Positions 1 to 8,777 of a DNA stretch of 64,000 bases are shown piece after piece. A model generated the notes under the pieces. That model saw only the letters and a list, made by a program, of their open reading frames with translations. It was not told the DNA's origin and ran no database searches. Made by a program: the position numbers and the translations under genes. Where the stretch lies: the sequence record PQ309151.1. The stretch is one strand, 5' to 3'. Each line of letters begins with the position of its first letter. Position 1 is the first letter of the stretch.

Positions 1-580
1 CTGGGTGGTGGAACATTTGACCGTCAGGTGTGAGATAAGCCCAGGCGACGACTTTGTTCATGTCGACCGGGATGAAGTTGACCTGCGTGATTTCTGCTTC
101 TGCGCCGAATTTCACGGGCGCATTTGCCGAATACTCGAATGCTCCCGTACGAAGGATTTCCATGAACGCATATTCCCTGCGCTCATTGCCGTCTTCCGTA
201 TGAGTCACGGCAGTCACGACCATGCCTTCAGCATAGTTCATGCGACCTTCGATCTGAACGACGATCGGGGTTTCCAGCGGCGGCCATTCGTCGAGAATGA
301 CTTCAGCCATGTTAGCGTTCGACTTGATAACGGCCCATTCGCGCTGCAGCTGTTCCATTTCGAACTTGTTGTTCGGAACCTTGCCCGGAACATACAGACC
401 ATGGGTCACGCCCATCGGTTCGTTCTTCGGGAAGATCGCCGGATGCTTGAATGTCAGCTTCGGCACCGGCTGATCGGTGTATTCCACTCCGAGTTCCACA
501 CGGGGAACAAACGTCAGAAGTGCATCTGCACGAGGCGTCTTGTGCATTTCTTTTTCTGCGTACTTGGCGTCTTTAATCAT
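1..580 (-). CDS. hypothetical protein, runs off the left edge
   Basis: Hand-translated from ATG at 580 (MIKDAKYAEKEMHKTPRADALLTFVPRVELG...) with no stop to position 1. Absent from the ORF track because there is no stop in the window. Confidence 0.75.
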   Translation of the reverse strand, partial: MIKDAKYAEKEMHKTPRADALLTFVPRVELGVEYTDQPVPKLTFKHPAIFPKNEPMGVTHGLYVPGKVPNNKFEMEQLQREWAVIKSNANMAEVILDEWPPLETPIVVQIEGRMNYAEGMVVTAVTHTEDGNERREYAFMEILRTGAFEYSANAPVKFGAEAEITQVNFIPVDMNKVVAWAYLTPDGQMFHHP

Positions 581-604
581 TGTAAAAAAATTCCAGTTGT
601 GAGA

Positions 605-628
605 CGTAGGCGGGTTGCCCCACCTACG
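605..628 (-). terminator. intrinsic terminator after 640..2094
   Basis: CGTAGG/CCTACG stem, with an A7 run at about 584-590 that reads as a U-tract on the minus strand. Confidence 0.6.
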
Positions 629-639
629 CTCGGTTTCAA

Positions 640-2094
640 TTACAGCTTTTCAGCCTGCTCGGTCAGAGCATCCTTGATTTCGCCGACGTTCTCGTCCGTG
701 AGATAACCTTCACGGTTGAGTTGGTCGATCAGATCGCCCCAGAAGAACGTCGGAGCACCCTTGCCGGTGATGTTGATGAACGCGGCATTGAATTGCTTGT
801 GATCGATGACGTAGTCGATCGGCAGACCTTCCGCCATTTCGGCTTTGTCGATCAGCGGATGCCATTCCTGGAACACGTCGGTGTCTTCCGTCGTGATGAC
901 ATCGTCCGGCATCAGCATCTTCACGATACCGTGCGGCGTGAAATCTGCCGCCGCCATGAAGTCGAGCATCGCCTTACGTTCGTCGCCCTTGCGGCCGGAG
1001 AAGATAAAGATCGCATGACCGTTCTTCTTCAGAGCCTTGAGGGTAGCGATCGCGAAGGGAGATTCAGCGCCAATGGTCGGACGCTGATTTTCGACAATCG
1101 TGCCGTCGAACGACACCACGAACACTGCCGGCTCGTCGACTTCACCGCTGTCGTCTTCGACTTCCGGATCGATCGCCATCATGTCGATTTCCGCCTGAGC
1201 GTCCTTGCGGCCGACGTGCTGGAATTCTTCACCGAAGTTCTCGACACACCAGTCAAACAGATGCTTGTCGGTCTGACCCTTTTCCTTCGCGACGTTGTAG
1301 TAGCCGGTGACTTCAGCCTGCTTGAACTTCACCATCGCGTCGACGTATTCGTCGTCCGGAAGAGCATCGATGCCTGCCAGTTGCTGCAGAGCAATGACGT
1401 TGACCTTCTGATTCTCGACCATCCATTCGTCGAACGACAGTTGCGATCCGCTCGTGACGTGCGCTGCTTCCAGCGTTTCGCGATGGTCTTCGATGGCCTT
1501 GCGGACCATGCGTCGGCCGGAACGGTTGTTCAGCGGGATGTCCTTCAGGTGGATCTTCGGCTTTTCCTGTTCCGGTTCAGCTTCGATCGGTGCTTCCTGC
1601 GCAATCCAGCGATGGCCGCCGCCCCATTGGAACATCACGTTCGTGTCGAGGAATTCCTCCTTCTCGATTTTGACGATGCGGTCGTTGATCGCGAGCGCTT
1701 CGATTTCGATCTCGTTGGCTAACACGATGAAGCGCAGCCACGGCATGTTGGGTTCGTTCACCCAGATGTCGTCCTTGCCGCCGAAGATTGCCGACAGAAC
1801 CGTTGCGTTCAGAGCGATCGCATCTGCGAAACGATCGTTGCCTTCCATGCCGGTTTCAGCCTTCAGCGCGACATAGGTCAGCACGCCATTGGCCGAGAGG
1901 TAGAACTCACGCGGTACTTCGTCGCCGAACAGACGCTTCAGGTCTGCCTTGCGGATCACGATCGTCGCGATCTTGTTCTTGAAATCGGGTTCTTGCGCGA
2001 GCACGCCGACGTGTTGCTGGATTTTCGAATGCTCAGCCAGTCCGAAACCGGGACGGAAGACCTGAGCCTTTGCGTAAGTAATCGGAGTTTTCAT
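640..2094 (-). CDS. multidomain protein with C-terminal degenerate HAD (BT0820-like) domain
   Basis: C-terminal VVSFDGTIVENQRPTIG...AIATLKALKKNGHAIFIFSGR closely parallels AIDFDGTIVTNNFPYIG in 38202..38675, but the first Asp of DxD is Ser. Confidence 0.7.
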   Translation of the reverse strand: MKTPITYAKAQVFRPGFGLAEHSKIQQHVGVLAQEPDFKNKIATIVIRKADLKRLFGDEVPREFYLSANGVLTYVALKAETGMEGNDRFADAIALNATVLSAIFGGKDDIWVNEPNMPWLRFIVLANEIEIEALAINDRIVKIEKEEFLDTNVMFQWGGGHRWIAQEAPIEAEPEQEKPKIHLKDIPLNNRSGRRMVRKAIEDHRETLEAAHVTSGSQLSFDEWMVENQKVNVIALQQLAGIDALPDDEYVDAMVKFKQAEVTGYYNVAKEKGQTDKHLFDWCVENFGEEFQHVGRKDAQAEIDMMAIDPEVEDDSGEVDEPAVFVVSFDGTIVENQRPTIGAESPFAIATLKALKKNGHAIFIFSGRKGDERKAMLDFMAAADFTPHGIVKMLMPDDVITTEDTDVFQEWHPLIDKAEMAEGLPIDYVIDHKQFNAAFINITGKGAPTFFWGDLIDQLNREGYLTDENVGEIKDALTEQAEKL

Positions 2095-2097
2095 AAA

Positions 2098-2769
2098 TTA
2101 CTCGTCGTTGTTGTATTGAGCGAAATTGACGCGGATCGGATTGGAGTGGTTCTTCGAATGGTGGTAATGCTCGATCACCGTACCCGCGAAATCCAGGCGT
2201 TCAATTGCGTTCTTGTCGAAGCGCATGAACGTCATCGGGTAAAACTGCTTTTCGGGAACATCCTCGAACCCATAACTCCGTCTATGGATGTCATCGACAT
2301 CGGTTTTCGAAAGAAGCAACAGTCCCATCACGTTCTGGAACATGACGATATAACAGGACTGTTCCTCGCTGATTTCCAGCAGAGGGTGTCCCGACATTTC
2401 TGCCGCGACAACATCTTTGACCTCCGCAAAGCATGGAGAGTAAAAATAAGGATAAACCTGTTTTTCATCCTCCGACAATTCGTGGTTGAGATACCGCATG
2501 AAGAATGCGACATCATCCACTACGATGTGCTTCAGGATCTGGAAATCCACAAACAGATCGTCCTGGTGTCTCCAGAATAAAGGATCTCCATAACCCTCCC
2601 CTAGAAACTGTTCCGCTGGAGGGATATCCCCCAGCGGTTGAGGCACAATCTCAGGCACGAACTTCTGCCATTGTCCGTTTTGCTTCAGATGAACCGCTTC
2701 GATCTTGCGCTCTCTTGAAAGCGCTGGGGCAATAAGTCGCGTCAGAACGTCCTGAATTTTTGCAAACAT
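2098..2769 (-). CDS. hypothetical protein
   Basis: 223-aa ORF tiled with 3-nt gaps to both neighbours. Confidence 0.75.
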   Translation of the reverse strand: MFAKIQDVLTRLIAPALSRERKIEAVHLKQNGQWQKFVPEIVPQPLGDIPPAEQFLGEGYGDPLFWRHQDDLFVDFQILKHIVVDDVAFFMRYLNHELSEDEKQVYPYFYSPCFAEVKDVVAAEMSGHPLLEISEEQSCYIVMFQNVMGLLLLSKTDVDDIHRRSYGFEDVPEKQFYPMTFMRFDKNAIERLDFAGTVIEHYHHSKNHSNPIRVNFAQYNNDE

Positions 2770-2772
2770 TTT

Positions 2773-3177
2773 TTAGCCCTTTACATATTGGTTGAGTTGA
2801 TCTGGCAACTCATACGTGAACTGTCCTTTGTGCGTGCCGGTGATGCGAATGTATGAGTCCGCGGCGGCGCAGTAGAACAGACTGAAGTTGTGATTCAGCC
2901 AATCGTAGAAAACCGCTTCCGCGATTCCTTGTGCTGCATACGTAGCCCCTTGACCGCCATTGGAATAGGCGAGATCCGTCAAAGCGGCACGCAGCAACGC
3001 CTGGAGTTCTTTTACTGCTTTCCTGCGCTTCTGATCCAGGCCATCTCTCTTAACCTGAATCTGGTATTGATAGTGATAATTTCTTTTCTTTTTCTGGCGA
3101 GCACGATAAGCTACCATGCAGGCCAAACATGTTGCTGAAGCGCTACCGAGACCGATAAACATTTCAAGCGCGCCCAT
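2773..3177 (-). CDS. hypothetical protein with N-terminal membrane anchor
   Basis: GAGGA SD. Hydrophobic N-terminus followed by a basic RARQKKKR stretch. First gene after the promoter motif at 3239. Confidence 0.7.
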   Translation of the reverse strand: MGALEMFIGLGSASATCLACMVAYRARQKKKRNYHYQYQIQVKRDGLDQKRRKAVKELQALLRAALTDLAYSNGGQGATYAAQGIAEAVFYDWLNHNFSLFYCAAADSYIRITGTHKGQFTYELPDQLNQYVKG

Positions 3178-3238
3178 TCTTTCCTCAATTTTAAAAGTTA
3201 GAGATTGTTGTTGAGCTTCGTTGGAGAAGTTCTAATGA

Positions 3239-3260
3239 ATGATATATTTCTCTAAAAAAA
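3239..3260 (-). promoter_or_regulatory. phiKZ-type early promoter (TATATCAT)
   Basis: Minus strand reads TTTTTAGAGAAATATATCAT, matching the phiKZ early consensus TATATTAC with an upstream T-rich element. Confidence 0.6.
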
Positions 3261-3318
3261 TATAAGGTTATAGGCAGATTTTATGCTAACCTTCCATTTA
3301 TGCTGATAAGAGATAACA

Positions 3319-4020
3319 ATGGGTTTTGACCTGACTAAGCTGAATACAGCCGTTTCGGGTTTGACCGACTGGGTCAAAGCCGGATTCACAAAACAAGCGG
3401 GAAGACTGAGTACGCTCGAAAGCAATCAGATCATCGTCGCTACTTTTGCTACGTTACCGACAACCAACAAAGGTCCGGTATTGCTGACTGATCTCAATGA
3501 GATCTGGACGTGGTATGCCAGCGCCTATTACACGGGTTACCGTGCAATGGAGTGTGGTGAGCCTGTTCTGTCAGCACGCAATACGAATTCGCCTCGACAT
3601 CTGAATCTGGATGGCTCTGGAGGCATCTCCAAAACAACGTATGCTGCTCTGTGGGGCTTTGCTCAAGAACAGAGTCTCGTGGTAGCATCGGGAGCATGGG
3701 TAGCAGGTGACTACCATTTCGTAGATTTGGGCGGAGATAACTTCCGGCTTCCCGATCTTCGCAATACGTTCTTCCGGGCAACTGGTACGAACGCAGATAC
3801 GTCTGCTGCTCGGGCGATCGGTAGTTCACAGGCTGATGCGATCCGTTCACACACCCACAATGTTCAGATTCGTACCGGCACGGACGATGGTAACTGGATG
3901 TTCAATGGGGGTTTTGAATCGGACTCCAATACTGACGGCGGTAAGTTTGCGACCGACCCCACGGGCGGCGCGGAAACTCGTCCGTTCAACACGGCATTTG
4001 CACCACGAATCCATATTTAA
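3319..4020 (+). CDS. short tail-fibre / tail-collar domain protein
   Basis: Tail-collar signature ...GGDNFRLPDLRNTFFRATG... and fibre-tip motifs GSSQADAIRSHTH and GGAETRPFNTAFAPRIHI. Confidence 0.8.
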   Translation: MGFDLTKLNTAVSGLTDWVKAGFTKQAGRLSTLESNQIIVATFATLPTTNKGPVLLTDLNEIWTWYASAYYTGYRAMECGEPVLSARNTNSPRHLNLDGSGGISKTTYAALWGFAQEQSLVVASGAWVAGDYHFVDLGGDNFRLPDLRNTFFRATGTNADTSAARAIGSSQADAIRSHTHNVQIRTGTDDGNWMFNGGFESDSNTDGGKFATDPTGGAETRPFNTAFAPRIHI

Positions 4021-4030
4021 CGGCATAAGT

Positions 4031-4066
4031 CATAATCCACTCTCCCGTGGGGGAGAGTGGATTATG
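4031..4066. terminator. bidirectional terminator between convergent genes
   Basis: Perfect 16-bp inverted repeat CATAATCCACTCTCCC-gtgg-GGGAGAGTGGATTATG. Confidence 0.8.
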
Positions 4067-4074
4067 TTCGTCTG

Positions 4075-5217
4075 TTATTCGTCGTCGAGATCGAAGTCGA
4101 ATACTTTACCAGCATCGTCACGCGTCACCGCATTGACCATGTACGCAACAGGCGGAGCTTCCTGAGGAGAAGCTTGCGTCTTGCGCAGGTTCACGCGGCT
4201 ATTCATGTACGGCAGCGGGTTGTCCATCACCATCGGGAAGTTCACATCGTTCTCGATGCCCAGGAAGTACGCAACATCCGTACCTCCGAAGTAGTTGAAA
4301 CGCTTCAGCGATGAAGGCGACATGCCGGTGTGCTCATGTCCGTCTTCATGCATCACGTCCACCCAGCGGTCTTCACCGGCGATTGCTTCGTTAAGCATCG
4401 CGATGATGACATGCTTGTTGTTCTTGAACGCTTCACGGCCGCGATCGGTCGACAGGAGCGATTCGATGTTCGCCTTGCCAAACGGTACGTGGATTTCGAC
4501 TTCGTCCTGTGCGATACGCTGCACAGCATCGCCGATCGGCTGGAACAACATCATCGCGCAGATGCCGAACGTAACAGCAAACGACGGCATGAACTGGCAA
4601 CGTTCCATAATCAGCAGTGCGACGATGTACAGGAAGATCGCATCGAAGATCTCGTAGCGTTCACGATCGGTGAGTGGGTACGCTTTCGGGTTGAACTGAT
4701 ACAGCGCCCAACGGTGCGAAGCGCAGTATGCATCGCCGAATACCTTGGCGACAACATGCAACCGCAGGTGAGCATCCGAATCGTTCTTGAACTGCTCCAT
4801 TGCAGCGACCGGATCGTCAAACGACTGACGAACGATTTCTGCATAGGTACGAGCGTGGATGGACTCGTTATCCGAGATGCGCTGATAACCAGTCCAGACT
4901 TCAGACGACGAGCACACGCCCGACATGATGCCAGAGATCGTCGATGAGGCCACAGAATCCGTTTCCCACTGCCAGGCGAGGGTACGGATCATGTCCTTCG
5001 CGATGAGCGGGTCTACGGTCTTGAATTCGACGCGACAGAGTTCAAATACGAACTCTTTTTCAGTCCAGTCCTGTCCCCGCAGTTTTTCGTAAAGCTCGTT
5101 CTGCTTGGGGTACTGGCGGTTGATAGTGTCCAGCAGACCACGCGGCTGGCCAAGAATGATCGGAGTCTTCTCATAGTCCGTCTTTGCGGCATTGAAAATG
5201 GCTTGGTTAATGGTCAT
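4075..5217 (-). CDS. nrdB: ribonucleotide reductase class Ia beta subunit
   Basis: Di-iron ligands and radical Tyr: WETDS, NESIHARTY, MERCQF, IAQDEVEIH. Real start is MTINQ at 5217; the track start at 5412 lies inside nrdA. Confidence 0.93.
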   Translation of the reverse strand: MTINQAIFNAAKTDYEKTPIILGQPRGLLDTINRQYPKQNELYEKLRGQDWTEKEFVFELCRVEFKTVDPLIAKDMIRTLAWQWETDSVASSTISGIMSGVCSSSEVWTGYQRISDNESIHARTYAEIVRQSFDDPVAAMEQFKNDSDAHLRLHVVAKVFGDAYCASHRWALYQFNPKAYPLTDRERYEIFDAIFLYIVALLIMERCQFMPSFAVTFGICAMMLFQPIGDAVQRIAQDEVEIHVPFGKANIESLLSTDRGREAFKNNKHVIIAMLNEAIAGEDRWVDVMHEDGHEHTGMSPSSLKRFNYFGGTDVAYFLGIENDVNFPMVMDNPLPYMNSRVNLRKTQASPQEAPPVAYMVNAVTRDDAGKVFDFDLDDE

Positions 5218-5284
5218 TTTGAAATTCGAGCCTATAGAGGATGTTGAAACTGGGACTACAGAATAGTCCCAGTCTCTTACTTTT

Positions 5285-8200
5285 TTACAGCGAACAGCCT
5301 TCGCATTCCATGTGACCATCGCCACCGGTTTGTTCAGTCTGGAACGTGATGCCTTCCAACCCAGCCAGTTCTTCGCTATGTGCGAGAGCAGCAGCTGCGG
5401 CTGACGCCACATCAGCTGCCGAATGGGCAGACTTCGAGATCTTCATCGAGTCTTCCGAGCCAGGCATGAGTGTGTTGACGTAGTAGCGCGTCTTCACGCC
5501 CTTTTCCACACGGTCCATTTCCGCTTCCATGATTTCCGTCGAACTGACTTCCAGGCGGTTCGTAAAGTCCAGATACCAGTCGGCCGAAATCGACTGATCG
5601 CAGAACTTCTGCGGAATCGCATAGATGCTGTTCTGTTCCGGCAGGGTGAGTTCCCACATGCGTTGGTACAGATACGCAGGATCGTCACCGTACGGTGCGG
5701 CCCAACGCAGCATGTTGTTCGCATCGCCCTTGAGCAGCACGAGTTCGCGAATGCCGTAGATGCTGTTCGTTGCACCCAATGCTTTCGACGAGCTTTCGCC
5801 CGGCATGAAGTTGATCAGGCAGCTGTGTGCCAGACCACCATTTGCCTTGATCTGCTCGGACACTTCGTCCCAGTCATGCTGGTATTCGAAGTTTGCCAGC
5901 GAGTCGACCTTCTTGCGATAGGTCTTGAGCGGCGTCCAGCCATCGGGCCACTTCGTACGCTGAATCCACGGAGCCAAACCACGTTCCTTGGAGATAGCGA
6001 GTGAAGCCTGGATTGCGTAGTACAGATGACGCTCGTACACGCGGTGGAGTTCTTGCAGACCCTCCGTCGAGTTGAACTTCAGACGCTTACGCGCCATGTG
6101 CGTTGCGACGCCCATCATGCCGACGCCAGCGTTCATGCGAGCCTTCGCAGTCACGCCCATGTGCGGCAGGATGTATTCGTTTTCGAGGATACAGTAGTCG
6201 ATCATCTTGTACGCGTAGTACATGACGTCTTCATACTCAGCGTCCGACATCTCTTCGGTGATGTTGGTTGCAGCCAACGAACACAAAGCGACTTCCGGTT
6301 CCTTCTTGACGGAGACGACGTGCGTCACAGTCAGAGTACCGTATGCTTCGGTGTAATGCTGGTGTCCCACCTTCACCGACTGAGCAACCCAGCGACCATT
6401 CGGACCCGACACGACTTCCGATGCTTTCGTGTTGACTTCGTGTTGCATACCGTCGATCGATTCGGCGATCCAGTGAGCATGACCCACTTCGACTTCCGAG
6501 AACAGATCCTTCATCGCGTCTTTGCCGTCGTACGGCTGAGTCGGTTCCGATACTTCCAGACACTGACCCGTGACGATGCCGTTGAACCATGCACGATGAC
6601 GCTTCGGTTCGTTGAAGCAGTACACTGAGTTCTGAACGCCGAGGTCTTCCACGTCCAGAATGCGAACGTTGTTCAACGGATCCTTACCCGGATGCTGACT
6701 GAACGGAGCAAGGACATCGCCCTTCTTCAGTTCATGAGTACGGACTTCGGTTTCCAGACCATCGCGCATCACATACCACTTGTGATAGGCGGTGCAATCC
6801 AGGTAACCCTTGCCGTCAGTCACGTAAACGCGCAGGAGCTTCTCCAGCGGGCTCGTCTGACGAACGGTCACCCGAGTCCATTCATAGCCGTTCCAGAGCT
6901 CTACGTTGCGATCTCGGTACTCGGAGATAGCACGTACGCCATCCTTCGTCAGGATCTCGGTGCCAGGAGCGACACAGAGGTTCGACGAATGGATCGGATC
7001 CAGGAACGGCGTGTTGCGGTTCATCTCGTCGATGGAGGCCGCATAGATCGTGCCGGTCTGAATACCTTGCTGGACTGCATGGACGATGAGGTCACGTGCC
7101 GGAGCGTAGGTCTTCTTGTAGTTCGGATCAGCTTCGTACTTCGCATACAACTTGGCGAAAGCCTGGATGTCCGGACCATAGAACGCTTCGTGAAGATCCG
7201 GTGCGTTCTTGATGTTCCACGAGAAGATGTCTTCACCCTTGGCCGCTTTCATGGTCAGGAAGCGGTTCGACATGTACGCATAATGCGCATCACGGTTACG
7301 GGCCGTGTCTGACGCACGCGTATCACGCAGGCCGGCGATGACCTTGGCTTCCGGATCGAACAGGTTGAAGTACAACGTACCCGCACCACCACGACCACCC
7401 TGCAGATTCGCACGGATGTTCTTGCCGAAGGTGGCGATATACGGCAGCTTGCCGCGATGAAGGAAACGACCCTTTTGAACCGGGTCACCGATGGAACGTG
7501 TCATCAGGTTCGTACCGATACCTGCGGACTGCGTCGTCATCATGTATGTGATGTGGTCTCCGGCTGCCAAGCTCCAGCGGCTGTCACCAACCGCGATCAG
7601 GCAGCAGCTTGCATACCCCTTGTGGTACGTGCCCAGGTTATTATAATTGGGCGTCGGTGCCGACAAACGTTTGTTCGAGAAGTGGCGATAAATGCGGATC
7701 ACGTGTTCGAGACGCGAGCGCTTCATCTTGTCTTCGTTCTGCAATGGATAGCCCGGCATCGTTTCCGGTGCCGATTCGAACAGAGCCATCGCCATGCGCA
7801 TGTAGATGAACTGCGGAGTCTCGTATTCCGTACGGGAAGAGAAATCCTGCAGCGCATACTTGAAGCGCAGCTGTTCGATCGCGAAGTGGGGATACGTCAG
7901 ATCCTGGTCATGGTTGACCGTAGCTTCGATGACGCTCCATTCGTATTCGCTGTATTCCAGCTTACGAGCAAGACCTGCCTTATGCAGGCGATCTTGAACT
8001 GCACGGACCAGAGGCAGTTCTTTCGTACCGAAGATTTCGATACGATCCAGTACAGCACGCAGTCGACCTGCCATCAGGTAGTGCGACCACGTATCACGCG
8101 CGAGCAGCGTGTCGATGAGTTTCTGCATCAGACGCTGAACGGTTACCTTCTTGGGAAGGTCGCGGACCGTTTCGAGAGCGATGCTGCTCCACTCGTCTTC

Positions 8201-8293
8201 AGCGACGCCGACGGCGTCCTGTACCCAGTGGTTCAGCTTCTTGGCGTCGAATTTTTCTTCTTCGCCCTTGAGGTTGATGACTGTTTCAATCAT
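5285..8293 (-). CDS. nrdA: ribonucleotide reductase class Ia alpha subunit, intein-containing
   Basis: ATP-cone-like N-terminus, SAPTPN, YASCCL, SSNL|C...CLEV, EVALCSLA, FMPGESSS, KTRYYVN, C-terminal CEGC. Likely start MIETV at 8293. Confidence 0.95.
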   Translation of the reverse strand: MIETVINLKGEEEKFDAKKLNHWVQDAVGVAEDEWSSIALETVRDLPKKVTVQRLMQKLIDTLLARDTWSHYLMAGRLRAVLDRIEIFGTKELPLVRAVQDRLHKAGLARKLEYSEYEWSVIEATVNHDQDLTYPHFAIEQLRFKYALQDFSSRTEYETPQFIYMRMAMALFESAPETMPGYPLQNEDKMKRSRLEHVIRIYRHFSNKRLSAPTPNYNNLGTYHKGYASCCLIAVGDSRWSLAAGDHITYMMTTQSAGIGTNLMTRSIGDPVQKGRFLHRGKLPYIATFGKNIRANLQGGRGGAGTLYFNLFDPEAKVIAGLRDTRASDTARNRDAHYAYMSNRFLTMKAAKGEDIFSWNIKNAPDLHEAFYGPDIQAFAKLYAKYEADPNYKKTYAPARDLIVHAVQQGIQTGTIYAASIDEMNRNTPFLDPIHSSNLCVAPGTEILTKDGVRAISEYRDRNVELWNGYEWTRVTVRQTSPLEKLLRVYVTDGKGYLDCTAYHKWYVMRDGLETEVRTHELKKGDVLAPFSQHPGKDPLNNVRILDVEDLGVQNSVYCFNEPKRHRAWFNGIVTGQCLEVSEPTQPYDGKDAMKDLFSEVEVGHAHWIAESIDGMQHEVNTKASEVVSGPNGRWVAQSVKVGHQHYTEAYGTLTVTHVVSVKKEPEVALCSLAATNITEEMSDAEYEDVMYYAYKMIDYCILENEYILPHMGVTAKARMNAGVGMMGVATHMARKRLKFNSTEGLQELHRVYERHLYYAIQASLAISKERGLAPWIQRTKWPDGWTPLKTYRKKVDSLANFEYQHDWDEVSEQIKANGGLAHSCLINFMPGESSSKALGATNSIYGIRELVLLKGDANNMLRWAAPYGDDPAYLYQRMWELTLPEQNSIYAIPQKFCDQSISADWYLDFTNRLEVSSTEIMEAEMDRVEKGVKTRYYVNTLMPGSEDSMKISKSAHSAADVASAAAAALAHSEELAGLEGITFQTEQTGGDGHMECEGCSL
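6563..6976 (-). mobile_element. 138-aa mini-intein in NrdA (no homing endonuclease, C-terminal Gln)
   Basis: Begins CVAPGTEIL, has block B CTAYHKW and block F VYCFNEPKRHRAWFNG, ends IVTGQ before the +1 Cys. It interrupts the NLCxE active-site motif. Confidence 0.92.
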
Positions 8294-8309
8294 GTCAGGT
8301 CCGATTGAG

Positions 8310-8555
8310 TTAAGCGGTTGCTGAGTGTGCCCGGACAATCTTGGTGAAGTTCTGCGGCGTGAAGCCCGACATCCATTCACCGTTGTCTTCGATCACCGGC
8401 AGCTGACGAAAGCCCTTCTCACGCAACATCTGAGCGGATTCAGGCTGCTCTTGGATGTTGATTTCCTGATATTCGATGGCTTTGATGGACAAAGCCTTCT
8501 TCAGGTTCTCGCAATTGGGGCACGAATTGCTGCTGTAGACGATAACAGGGCTCAT
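8310..8555 (-). CDS. glutaredoxin / NrdH-like redoxin
   Basis: IVYS...CPNC...INI...GFRQLPVI...WMSGF thioredoxin-fold pattern, directly upstream of nrdA. Confidence 0.9.
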   Translation of the reverse strand: MSPVIVYSSNSCPNCENLKKALSIKAIEYQEINIQEQPESAQMLREKGFRQLPVIEDNGEWMSGFTPQNFTKIVRAHSATA

Positions 8556-8735
8556 TTTCAAATACTCCAGGGTACTACTTCAGTTAATCGAAGGTGGTGC
8601 TAATTTTTAACGCATTTCGAAAATTGCGAACATAGGTCCTTGCCCTCCAGACGACTCAAAGTCCGTCTGGAGTACGCATTTTTTGAAATGTGTTTTCTCT
8701 CTGTCCAGAGTATAAAAGACCAAAAAAAATAAAAT

Positions 8736-8763
8736 TATCAGAGTGGGGAAAGCCACTCTGATA
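8736..8763 (-). terminator. intrinsic terminator
   Basis: 11-bp stem TATCAGAGTGG/CCACTCTGATA, with an adjacent A8 run (U-tract on minus). Confidence 0.75.
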
Positions 8764-8777
8764 CTATATTTGAGGTC

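Noticed and set aside
5218-5412. Track N-terminal extension of NrdB (start 5412) and of NrdA (start 8380)
   Set aside because: The extensions overlap the upstream genes (nrdA 3' end and glutaredoxin) and cross an intergenic hairpin at 5249-5273. The family-like N-termini begin at 5217 and 8293.
5412-5657. Alternative-frame ORF ending EDLEVCPFGS, suggesting a frameshifted NrdA C-terminus
   Set aside because: The main NrdA frame already ends in the expected CxxC (CEGC) redox pair, and no slippery site was recognised.
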